Shown here piece after piece: positions 10,218-18,446 of a stretch of 64,000 bases of DNA. Position 1 is the first letter of the stretch, and every line of letters starts with the position of its first letter. Source of the DNA: Schwartzia sp. (in: firmicutes). GTDB lineage: Bacteria; Bacillota; Negativicutes; Selenomonadales; Selenomonadaceae. The DNA lies in NCBI GenBank assembly GCA_017480545.1, contig JAFVAI010000012.1, forward strand, positions 5,452-69,451. Direction: 5' to 3'. A program made the translations under genes and the position numbers. The notes beneath the pieces were generated by a model that ran no database searches, was not told where the DNA came from, and was given only the letters and a program-made list of their open reading frames with translations.

Positions 10218-11207
10218 ATGACAAACGAAGAAAAGGAAGCGTGGCAGAAGGAACAGGCGATGCGCGCGGCGAAGCGGGCGGTGGACATGGACGCTTTGCC
10301 GCCGGGGCACCCGATTGATATTTTGCGGCGAGAAAATGCGGCACTTGCCGCGATTTTGGACACGACGGAAAAATCTCAGGAGAATTATTCGCGGCTGGCG
10401 GGTCTTCGCAAGCATTACGCGAAGACCGAGGCACTTTTGATGCCCGTGCTTTACCGCTACGGTGTCACCGGACCATCGAAAGCGATCTGGGACGCGGACG
10501 ACGAGATCAAGCGGGAGCTTTCCGCGCTGCTCTCTCTTTGCGGCGCGAAGAAGGAATTGCCGAAGGAGCGCTTTTCGGCGTTCCTTTCCCTTGTCCGCGA
10601 CGTGATGAACCGGGAGGAAAAGGTGCTGTTCCCCCTCGCCCTTCGCTATTTCACCGACGAGGAATGGAAGCGCGCGTATTTCGACATAGAAGAACTCGGC
10701 CTCGCGTTTTTCGCGCCGGAGGACGTGCCGAACTGGGAAGAGGGCGAAGCGTTCATCCTCGAGACGGAGGACGCCGACCGCAAAAAACTGCTGGCGGAGG
10801 GCAAAATCGAGCTGCCGACGGGAACGCTGACCGTCGGACAACTGGCCGGGATTTTTTCGCTGTTGCCCGTGGATATTACTTTCATCGACGCCGACGACCG
10901 GCTGCGGTTCTTTTTCAACGAGGGTCGCGTCTTTGCCCGCCCACGCGCGGCGCTGGGGCGCGAGGTCTGGGACTGCCACCCGCCACGGCTCGTTCCGATG
11001 ATCCAAAAGATGCTCGACGAGTTCCGGCGGGAAATCCGCTCGGAAATGACCGTCTGGCAGCGCGTCGCCGGAAAGCCCGTCTGCGTCAAATACATGGCGG
11101 TCCGCGACGCGAACGGCGAATACCTCGGCACGGTGGAAACGGTGCAGGACTGCACGGAAATCGTCCGCCATTTCCAAAAGGAGAACGAAGCGCATGGCAA
11201 CGATTAA
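10218..11207 (+). CDS. DUF438 / hemerythrin-like plus PAS domain protein
   Basis: HPIDILRRENAAL hemerythrin-like N-terminus and a PAS-like C-terminal region (ITFIDADDRLRFF...VWDCHPPR). Resembles families that I recall co-occurring with hcp. Confidence 0.75.
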   Translation: MTNEEKEAWQKEQAMRAAKRAVDMDALPPGHPIDILRRENAALAAILDTTEKSQENYSRLAGLRKHYAKTEALLMPVLYRYGVTGPSKAIWDADDEIKRELSALLSLCGAKKELPKERFSAFLSLVRDVMNREEKVLFPLALRYFTDEEWKRAYFDIEELGLAFFAPEDVPNWEEGEAFILETEDADRKKLLAEGKIELPTGTLTVGQLAGIFSLLPVDITFIDADDRLRFFFNEGRVFARPRAALGREVWDCHPPRLVPMIQKMLDEFRREIRSEMTVWQRVAGKPVCVKYMAVRDANGEYLGTVETVQDCTEIVRHFQKENEAHGND

Positions 11208-11400
11208 GCCAAAACGCCGCGCCGTCGTGGACACCTCGCACTGCGTCGCCTGCGGCGCGTGCATGGAGGTCTGCCCCCGGGGCGCGATCACGGTCTGGAA
11301 AGGCTCGTATTCCGTGGTGGACGGCGCCCTCTGCGTCGGCTGTGGCCTCTGCGCGAAGGAATGTCCCGCGTCGGTGATCCGTCTGGAGGCGCGGCCATGA
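11194..11400 (+). CDS. 2x[4Fe-4S] ferredoxin
   Basis: Two CxxCxxCxxxCP motifs (CVACGACMEVCP, CVGCGLCAKECP). Overlaps the upstream gene end. Confidence 0.88.
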   Translation: MATIKPKRRAVVDTSHCVACGACMEVCPRGAITVWKGSYSVVDGALCVGCGLCAKECPASVIRLEARP

Positions 11401-11972
11401 GCAGGAAATCGCACTGGTACAATTATCTTTGGATTTGGTCGGTGATTTACTTCGCGATGGGATTTTTTCACATCCTGTTCGCTTGGCTCGGACTCATCAG
11501 CTTTTTCCTGCCACTGATTTTCGCCGTCGGCTTCGGCAACAAAGGCTTTTGCAACCGCTACTGCGACCGGGGGCAGCTTCTCCGCGCACTGGGCAACCAA
11601 AAAGGCTTTTCCCGGCGGAAGGACGTGCCGGATTGGATGAAAAGCAAGTCGTTCCGTTACGGTTTCCTCGCATTTTTCATGGCAATGTTCATGAATATGC
11701 TCTATATGACGTACCAAGTTTACACGGGCGCGGCGGAGCTTCGCGAAAGCGTCACGTTCTTCTGGTCGGTTCCCGTGCCGTGGAGCTTCGCCTACGCGGG
11801 CGGCGCGGAGGCGTGGGCCGCGCAGTTCGCCTTCGGCTTCTACGGCATGATGCTGACCTCGGCCATCCTCGGCGTACTGACGATGCTGGCCTTCAAGCCG
11901 CGCTCGTGGTGCGTCTATTGCCCGATGGGTACAATGACGCAGATGATTTGCAAGCTGAAAGCGGGAAGATGA
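11397..11972 (+). CDS. Integral membrane Cys-motif (4Fe-4S-binding-like) protein
   Basis: Multiple hydrophobic helices and Cys motifs (GFCNRYCDRG, WCVYCPMG). ATGA start/stop overlap with the ferredoxin gene. Confidence 0.65.
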   Translation: MSRKSHWYNYLWIWSVIYFAMGFFHILFAWLGLISFFLPLIFAVGFGNKGFCNRYCDRGQLLRALGNQKGFSRRKDVPDWMKSKSFRYGFLAFFMAMFMNMLYMTYQVYTGAAELRESVTFFWSVPVPWSFAYAGGAEAWAAQFAFGFYGMMLTSAILGVLTMLAFKPRSWCVYCPMGTMTQMICKLKAGR

Positions 11973-12160
11973 AGCGAAGCTTTTATGGCTCGCCCGATTG
12001 CCGCCAAGCCCGAATCCCCAAACCCAAAAGCAGGAGCAAAAATATTTCCTCTCCCCCTTAAGTTTTGGACCCGATTTTTCGATATACAAATAAGAGATGT
12101 TGTCGTCTCGTTACCACACGGAAGGGATTTCCGGGATATTGTTAAAGGAGGACGAAGATC

Positions 12161-12964
12161 ATGGCAAACACAATCGGCTCACATTACGCTACGTATCAAA
12201 AGACGATGGGGCAGGTCGGCGGCGCCAAGCGGCCCGCAGGCAAGAAGGCCGCCGAGGACGGGAAAAAGCCTTTCGGGGGCTTCGGCGACGACTTCGGCGT
12301 CCAGCTTTCCGAGGAAGGACTCGCCGCGCTGGCGGCCCAGCGGAAGCAGGAGACGGAGAACGAGGAAAACGGCGAGACGAGCCTCATCAGCGAAGACAAA
12401 CTCTCCGACAAGGCGAAAGATTTTCTCGCGAAGCTCCGCGAGAAGTACGGCGACAAATATGACTTCTTCGCCGTCAGCAGCATCGAAGACCCGCGCGCGA
12501 GAGAACTGACGGGCACGAAAGCTTATTCGGTGCTCCTGACCAACGACGAGATCGAGAAAATGGCCAACGACGAGGAATACGCGGAAGAGGTCATGCAGAA
12601 GGTGGAGTCCGCCGTCGATATGACGAAACGGATTCAGGAAAAGGGCGAGCTGGGCGACGGCGTGCAGTTCAAGCACATTTCCATTTCCTTTGACAGCGAT
12701 GGCAATATGAAGCTGTTCGCCGAGCTGGAGAAGATGTCCGACCAGCAGCGGGAGCGCATGGAAAAACTCAAGGAAAAACGCGCCGAGGAAAAGGAGGAGG
12801 CCGAGCGGGCCAAGGACAAAGACGACGGGGAGGACGGCCCCGGCGCCAAACGCGTCCGTCTCGAAGCGACGTCCGAGGAAGAGCTGCTGGAAAAGATTCT
12901 GGGCATCGACTGGGACAAAATCCCGGCTGCGGGGGAAAAGAAAGCGGAAGAAGACGGGGAATAG
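12161..12964 (+). CDS. Hypothetical acidic/Lys-rich protein
   Basis: 267-aa ORF with an AGGAGG RBS. No domain recognised with confidence. Confidence 0.6.
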   Translation: MANTIGSHYATYQKTMGQVGGAKRPAGKKAAEDGKKPFGGFGDDFGVQLSEEGLAALAAQRKQETENEENGETSLISEDKLSDKAKDFLAKLREKYGDKYDFFAVSSIEDPRARELTGTKAYSVLLTNDEIEKMANDEEYAEEVMQKVESAVDMTKRIQEKGELGDGVQFKHISISFDSDGNMKLFAELEKMSDQQRERMEKLKEKRAEEKEEAERAKDKDDGEDGPGAKRVRLEATSEEELLEKILGIDWDKIPAAGEKKAEEDGE

Positions 12965-12972
12965 CACACAAT

Positions 12973-13014
12973 AAAAAAAGTTGAGGCAAGAACTTCTTGC
13001 CTCAACTTTTTTTA
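12973..13014. terminator. Bidirectional rho-independent terminator
   Basis: AAAAAAAGTTGAGGCAAGAACTTCTTGCCTCAACTTTTTTT between convergent genes. Confidence 0.85.
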
Positions 13015-13032
13015 TTGCGCGGCATTTTTCGT

Positions 13033-14520
13033 TTATCCCGCAGTGACGTAGCTTCTTTGTTCCTTCGGGATTTCCTCCCAGCGGACCTCGTTCGCCGCCA
13101 TGCCGTGGGCGAGCGCCCAAGCCGACGCGATGCCCGCCGCCTCCCCGATGCTCATGCAGGTGGGCTGGATGCGCATGGACGCCTGCAGGATGAAGCTGGC
13201 GCTGATGCAGCGGCCCGCCGTGAGGAGGTTCGGAACCTCGTCAGAGATCAGCGAGCGGTAGGGGATTTCATAAAACGCGCCCTTCGGCAGCTTGTCCGAA
13301 ACCTTTTCCCCGTGGGCGTCGATAAACCACGCGGTGCGGCAAACCGCGTCCGGGAAGCGGCGTTCTTTGTGGTAATCGTCCTCCACCAGATAATATTTCC
13401 CGCGGATCCGCCACGACTCCCGCGCCCCCAGCATCGTCGCCTCGCGGCTGATGTATGCGCGCTCGAAGCCCGGCATGTGCCTGACCATGTAGTCTGCAAT
13501 ATGGCGCATCATCTTCCGGCCAAACGTGACAGCCTTGCTGTACGAAACCGGGTCGGTGGCGCTGAACCGCACGGGAATCTCCGGGCAGTTCATGCGCATC
13601 ACGCCGTCTTTCCCGATGATTGTGTAGGCCTGCATATATTCGGCCTCTTCCTGCGTCAGCTCGCCGCTCTCCACGCCTTTCGCCATGAATTCTTCCAGCA
13701 CATACCGCTGGTTGCGGTGCATGGCTTCGGCGATCTCAAAATACGGCGGCTTCGACTTGCACCAGTCGTCCTTCAGCTCTACGGCATCGTATTGGTACAG
13801 CCGCTCGATGTCGATGCCGCCCATCTCGAAGCGGAAAGAAAGAGGCTGGTTTTTGCCCGTCTTCTCGTAGCCCTTTTCATAAGGAACGCCCGCCGCCCTC
13901 GATAGGAACGCGTCGCCGGTGCCGTCGACAAAAATGTTCGCGCGGATTGCCGCGAGGCCCTCGATGGTCTGCACGACACAGGCCAAAATCGAAGAACCGG
14001 ACTTCAGGACATCCACCAGCACCGCTTGGTAAAGCACGTTCACCCCGGCCTCCTCGCACATCTCGTCGTAAATCAGCGCGAGGATTTCAGGATTGTGCCA
14101 AGTCTGCCCGGTCACGCCGTCGTGGGGCTCGATGCCGTGATCGCGGAGCCGCTTCTTGACCTCCGCCACATAGGGCGTATCGCTGTCCGGCGCCAACGTG
14201 TCCATGAACGGATAGACGCAGCCCAGCACCGCAAGTCCGCCGAGGGCGACGCCGCGCTCCACCAAAACCGTCGCCGCGCCGCCCCGCGCCGCGAGAATCG
14301 CCGCCGCGGTGCCTGCGGGGCCGCCGCCCGCCACGCAGACGTCCGTATCGTAAAGCACGGGAATCTGCCGTCCCGCGTATTCCATCGTGTCCCCGCCCGC
14401 AGGCGCCGAAGCCGAAGCGGGGCGCACCGTTCCGCCGCCGACCAACGCACCCGCCGCCGCAAGACCGGCCATCTTCACGAAATCCCGTCTGGAAACGGGA
14501 AGAGAAAAAGACTTCACCAA
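13033..14520 (-). CDS. FAD-dependent oxidoreductase with Tat signal peptide
   Basis: SRRDFVKMAGLAAAGA twin-arginine signal. GGGPAGTAAA dinucleotide-binding motif. Confidence 0.85.
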   Translation of the reverse strand: MVKSFSLPVSRRDFVKMAGLAAAGALVGGGTVRPASASAPAGGDTMEYAGRQIPVLYDTDVCVAGGGPAGTAAAILAARGGAATVLVERGVALGGLAVLGCVYPFMDTLAPDSDTPYVAEVKKRLRDHGIEPHDGVTGQTWHNPEILALIYDEMCEEAGVNVLYQAVLVDVLKSGSSILACVVQTIEGLAAIRANIFVDGTGDAFLSRAAGVPYEKGYEKTGKNQPLSFRFEMGGIDIERLYQYDAVELKDDWCKSKPPYFEIAEAMHRNQRYVLEEFMAKGVESGELTQEEAEYMQAYTIIGKDGVMRMNCPEIPVRFSATDPVSYSKAVTFGRKMMRHIADYMVRHMPGFERAYISREATMLGARESWRIRGKYYLVEDDYHKERRFPDAVCRTAWFIDAHGEKVSDKLPKGAFYEIPYRSLISDEVPNLLTAGRCISASFILQASMRIQPTCMSIGEAAGIASAWALAHGMAANEVRWEEIPKEQRSYVTAG

Positions 14521-14539
14521 AAAACCTCCTAATAAAAAT

Positions 14540-15055
14540 TTACAGCCGCGACATCAGCTCCGCTTTTTTCTGCTGGAACTCGTCCTCGGTGACTACGCCG
14601 TCGTTCCGGAGTTTTCCGAGGCGCTCCAGCGTCGCCATGACATCCTCCTTTTCCTCGATTTGCGCGTCGATGACCGGAGCGCCCGCCATCTTCGAGGCGT
14701 TCTTTTGGGCCAGCGATTTCAGCTCCTGGCATTCCTCCGTCTCGCAGCTCACGAGGAATTCCTCGCCGGTGTCCAGCTTGCAGGCGCAGCAAAGCTCCAC
14801 GCTGTTGCCGCCGAGCACCAGCCCCGCCAGAAGCCCCACCGGCCCAAGCGCAATCGCCCCCAGCGTACCCCAGCCCGCTTTGCCGAGGATGCTGTACTTG
14901 TTTTCCTCGGTGATATGCTCCACCGCCATCAAATGCTCGTTCAGGCTGACCTTGCGCGACTTGAAAAAGCCCTCGGGAATCTCCAGCGTGTAGTTGCCGA
15001 AGATCGAGGAAGAAATCTCCGCGCCGTTGGGAAGCCCTCCGCCGATTACCTTCAT
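14540..15055 (-). CDS. SHOCT domain-containing protein
   Basis: C-terminal LERLGKLRNDGVVTEDEFQQKKAELMSRL (SHOCT). The ATG at 15055 is preceded by AGGAGG. The track ORF extends upstream without an RBS. Confidence 0.7.
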   Translation of the reverse strand: MKVIGGGLPNGAEISSSIFGNYTLEIPEGFFKSRKVSLNEHLMAVEHITEENKYSILGKAGWGTLGAIALGPVGLLAGLVLGGNSVELCCACKLDTGEEFLVSCETEECQELKSLAQKNASKMAGAPVIDAQIEEKEDVMATLERLGKLRNDGVVTEDEFQQKKAELMSRL

Positions 15056-15184
15056 GATGAACCGCCTCCTAAAATCAAGTTTCATTAGTATGATTAGCCC
15101 CTCGTCGGAAATTTCCTTTCCCGCGAAAAGAAAAAAATGGGAGCGCACGAATTTTTCCGTGCGCTCCCGCTTTCCTTTTTTCGA

Positions 15185-16282
15185 TCAGTGCCGCTGCTTT
15201 GTGAACCAACGGCGGAATTTCCACCGCACGAAGCCCGCCAGGCTTTCGTGATAGACCGCGTGGAACAGGTCTTTGTCCGCGGTGGAGAGCTTTCCGTCCG
15301 TCAACAGATGGAAACGGTCGGCGTCGCTGGTGAGTTTTTGGTTGATGCGTTCCAGTTCCTTGATGCGATTCTTCGCCGTCTCTAGCTGCTTGGCAAAATC
15401 CGGCACCCATTGCTTTTCCGCGACGGTCCGTTTCGCCGCCGCGGTGGCGAGCCAGTCGCACCGCTCGTTCATCATGTTGCCGTTGTGGCCCTTGACCCAG
15501 AACCATTCGATTTCATAGCCGTCGACGAGATTCGCGAGCTCCATCCAAAGGTCGTTGTTCAGGAGCTTGCCGACGGGGCCGCCGGTCTCCCAGATTCGCG
15601 ACGTGACGCCCTGATACAGATATTGGCTGTCGGTGTAAAGCTCCACCGACGCGCCGATCTTCGCGACGCTCTCCAACGTCCGGAGCGCCGCCACTGCGGC
15701 GAGAAGCTCCATGCGCGAGCTGTTCGTCATGTCGACGCCGCCGGACAGCTCCTTGCGGTTGCCGTTGGGCAGGCAGATGACCGCCGCGTATCCGCCCGCG
15801 CCGTCCTCGTGGACAAGGCAACCGCCGTCGGTATAAATCTTGATCGGCGCCCCCGCGCCCGTGCGTCCCTCGGGGACGAGCTGCGAGCGCGAGCCCGGAT
15901 GATGCGCGGTGCGCCCCCGGACACTGTGCGGCACTTTTTGCGGCGCGCGGACCACCGTGCGCCTTGGCTTCCTGCCGCCCTGCATATACGCCTTCGCGTC
16001 CTCCATATTGGAAAACCGTTGGCTTTCGGCGCCGTTGAAGCCGCGGACCTGTTCCTCGCATTCCGCGGCGCTGTGGTAAATGCCGGGCACACGTCCGCGC
16101 CGCACCGCGTAAATGCCCTTTTTCACCGGCGTCTCTCCCTCGAGATACCGGCGCGCCGCCTCCTCGTCCTGAAAACGGCGCCCCTCCGCGCCCGGAAAAC
16201 CGTCGATAGCTTTCTGGTAAGCCTCGACATCACGATAAAGCCCGGGCGCGTGTCCCTTTCTTACTGCGTAAATCCATGCCAT
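15185..16282 (-). CDS. rnhA: Ribonuclease HI with two N-terminal hybrid-binding (HBD) repeats and a C-terminal extension
   Basis: Two copies of the YAVRKGxxPGxYxxxxEcxxxxxGFxGAxxxxF module. RNase H core (IYTDGG...ELLA...YTDSQY...KGH). About 90 extra C-terminal residues. Confidence 0.85.
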   Translation of the reverse strand: MAWIYAVRKGHAPGLYRDVEAYQKAIDGFPGAEGRRFQDEEAARRYLEGETPVKKGIYAVRRGRVPGIYHSAAECEEQVRGFNGAESQRFSNMEDAKAYMQGGRKPRRTVVRAPQKVPHSVRGRTAHHPGSRSQLVPEGRTGAGAPIKIYTDGGCLVHEDGAGGYAAVICLPNGNRKELSGGVDMTNSSRMELLAAVAALRTLESVAKIGASVELYTDSQYLYQGVTSRIWETGGPVGKLLNNDLWMELANLVDGYEIEWFWVKGHNGNMMNERCDWLATAAAKRTVAEKQWVPDFAKQLETAKNRIKELERINQKLTSDADRFHLLTDGKLSTADKDLFHAVYHESLAGFVRWKFRRWFTKQRH

Positions 16283-16455
16283 TAAAAGCTGATGCCACCT
16301 CCTTCCTGTTATCGTGTCCGCAGGCGGCTTTCCGGCGCCCGCAAACATATCCAGCTTGTATTATACCACGATACGACGGAAAAAGATAAACTTTCTGAAA
16401 AAGAATCCCAAAAATCCGCGTTTTCTGCTATAATCCTTGCAAAGGGAGTGAGCGC

Positions 16456-17172
16456 ATGGCCGCCGTGAAAGAAAACAGGATTTCAGCATACTACGCGTGT
16501 TATTTGTTCGACTTTGACTACACCCTGGCCGACTCGTCGAAGGGAATCACCGACTGCTTTCACCGGACCATGGCAGCCTTCGGCCTGCCGCCCGTGGATG
16601 ACCTGGCCATCGAGCGCACCATCGGACTGCCGATGCGGGATGCCGTGCGGCGGATTACCGGCGTGGAGGACGACGGGGAACTCGAGGCATTTCTGGCGCA
16701 CTACCGCGCCCTCGCCGACAAGTACATGACCGCAAACACGCACTTCTACCCGGAAGCGCTCCCGACGTTGGAAGCCTTGCGGGCGCGGGGCGCGAAAATC
16801 GCGATCATCTCGTCGAAGACCTCCCGCCGAATCCGCGAAGCCTTCGTCCGTGACAAGGCGGAGCGGCTCCCGGACTTCATCATCGGCTGCGACGAAGTGA
16901 AAGAGCTGAAGCCGTCGCCGGAGGGCATCCGCCTCGCCCTTTCAAGGTTCGGGCTCACGAAAGCGGACGCGCTCTACACCGGGGACAGCGTGACGGATGC
17001 CGAAGCGGCGAAAAACGCGGGCGTTGCCTTCTTCGGCGTCACCCACGGCGTCACCACCGCCGGGGAACTGGCCGCGTACCCCCACGAAGCCGTCGGGGAC
17101 ACGCTGGAAACGGCGCTGGTGCTCGAACGGCGGGGGAAGAATTGCGGTTTCCATGGTTCCACGCAATCATAG
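16456..17172 (+). CDS. HAD family hydrolase (phosphoglycolate phosphatase-like)
   Basis: FDFDYTLADS motif I, SSKT motif II, GDSVTD motif IV. Confidence 0.85.
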   Translation: MAAVKENRISAYYACYLFDFDYTLADSSKGITDCFHRTMAAFGLPPVDDLAIERTIGLPMRDAVRRITGVEDDGELEAFLAHYRALADKYMTANTHFYPEALPTLEALRARGAKIAIISSKTSRRIREAFVRDKAERLPDFIIGCDEVKELKPSPEGIRLALSRFGLTKADALYTGDSVTDAEAAKNAGVAFFGVTHGVTTAGELAAYPHEAVGDTLETALVLERRGKNCGFHGSTQS

Positions 17173-17315
17173 CGGCGGATTCCGGTCTGCGATAAGCATC
17201 AAACAGCAAACCGCCCCCGCACTTCCGGGCCAGGAAGCGCGGGGGCGGTTTTTGCCGTGCCACCAGTGGACTGGCAGGGCGCCCGGTTCGCACAGGTGTC
17301 CCCTGGGGAAACGCC

Positions 17316-18407
17316 TTACGGATTGGCGCGGGCCACGCCGTCGCCGTAAATCGTCTTGAATTCGTCTTTCATCGAGATGGTGTCCCAGCCGCGCCGGAGG
17401 GCGAACTTTTTCAGGTCCTCCGCTTTTTTCACATTGCCCAGCTCGCGCTCCGTGTCGTCGCACAGCACCAAAAATGATGCGCAGGGGTACGGATTGTCCT
17501 GCAGGGTGTATTCCAGCATCCCGCTGTCGCCCATGGAGTTGCCGAAGGCCAGTACCGGCTTTTTGCCGATCTGGTTCAGAATGGAAAAAATCTTCCTTGT
17601 TTTCGCGTTGTCGATGAGCGGCTTGCCGGAAATCACGATTTTTTCCTTATGGCGGTCATAGAAGTGCTGGTCCGGTTCTTCCCCGCCCATGTTCGTCGAG
17701 GTGTAAACGAAGTCGGACGCGGCGATGCGGTCCGGCGGCACGGGAATCACGCCGGCCACCAGTTCCCGCGTGGTGGCGGCTCCGCAGGCCGAGTCAATAT
17801 AGACGGAAAAACCGTGGTTCGTGAGATAGGACATGATTTCCACCATCGGCAGATAGAAGGCTTCGCCGCGCTTCAGATTGGTGAGGCCGATTTCGTTTGT
17901 CCGCATAAAGGCCCGCACATACGCGCCGTATTCTTCCGGCGTCATGCCTTCGTAAGCTTTTGTCAGGTAGCTGACCAGCCTTTTGTTCTCCTCCGGGGAA
18001 AGGCCCGTTTTGTTCAGGATTTTCGGCTGAATCTTTTTCGCGAAAGCGGCCATCGTTTTGGAAGGCTGATAGGTTTTGTCCTCCAGCACACGGTGGAAAA
18101 ACATCATTTCCTGCAAACAGTACGGCGCTGTCTCGCAGTAGAAGGTGCCGTCCATGTCAAAGGTGGCGACGCGGTTCTCGACGGGGATGAAGCGCGGGCT
18201 TTTCGGATTGACGGCGTCCTCCACGAAGCGGACGAGCTTCCGCTTCGTCGGCGAATCGTCGTTCCAATACCGAAAATCCGAAGCCGATTCCACCCGGATC
18301 GCGGCAATCTCTTCCCGCGTCGCCGCCTCGGACGCGGGCGCCGTGAGCCATGCGCCCGCTCCCATCAAAGCCGCCATCAAAAGAGCACTCATTTTTTTCT
18401 GTTTCAT
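17316..18407 (-). CDS. Secreted HAD-superfamily phosphatase-like protein
   Basis: Signal peptide MKQKKMSALLMAALMGAGAWLTAPASEA. FDMDGTF motif I. GNSMGD motif IV. Confidence 0.7.
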   Translation of the reverse strand: MKQKKMSALLMAALMGAGAWLTAPASEAATREEIAAIRVESASDFRYWNDDSPTKRKLVRFVEDAVNPKSPRFIPVENRVATFDMDGTFYCETAPYCLQEMMFFHRVLEDKTYQPSKTMAAFAKKIQPKILNKTGLSPEENKRLVSYLTKAYEGMTPEEYGAYVRAFMRTNEIGLTNLKRGEAFYLPMVEIMSYLTNHGFSVYIDSACGAATTRELVAGVIPVPPDRIAASDFVYTSTNMGGEEPDQHFYDRHKEKIVISGKPLIDNAKTRKIFSILNQIGKKPVLAFGNSMGDSGMLEYTLQDNPYPCASFLVLCDDTERELGNVKKAEDLKKFALRRGWDTISMKDEFKTIYGDGVARANP

Positions 18408-18446
18408 GTTGCCTGCCTCCTGCGTTTTTTCTCTCTATGCTTATCT

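Noticed and set aside
12000-12160. Possible leader or riboswitch upstream of the 267-aa acidic protein gene
   Set aside because: No conserved riboswitch core or terminator/antiterminator alternative was identified by eye. The region was left unannotated.
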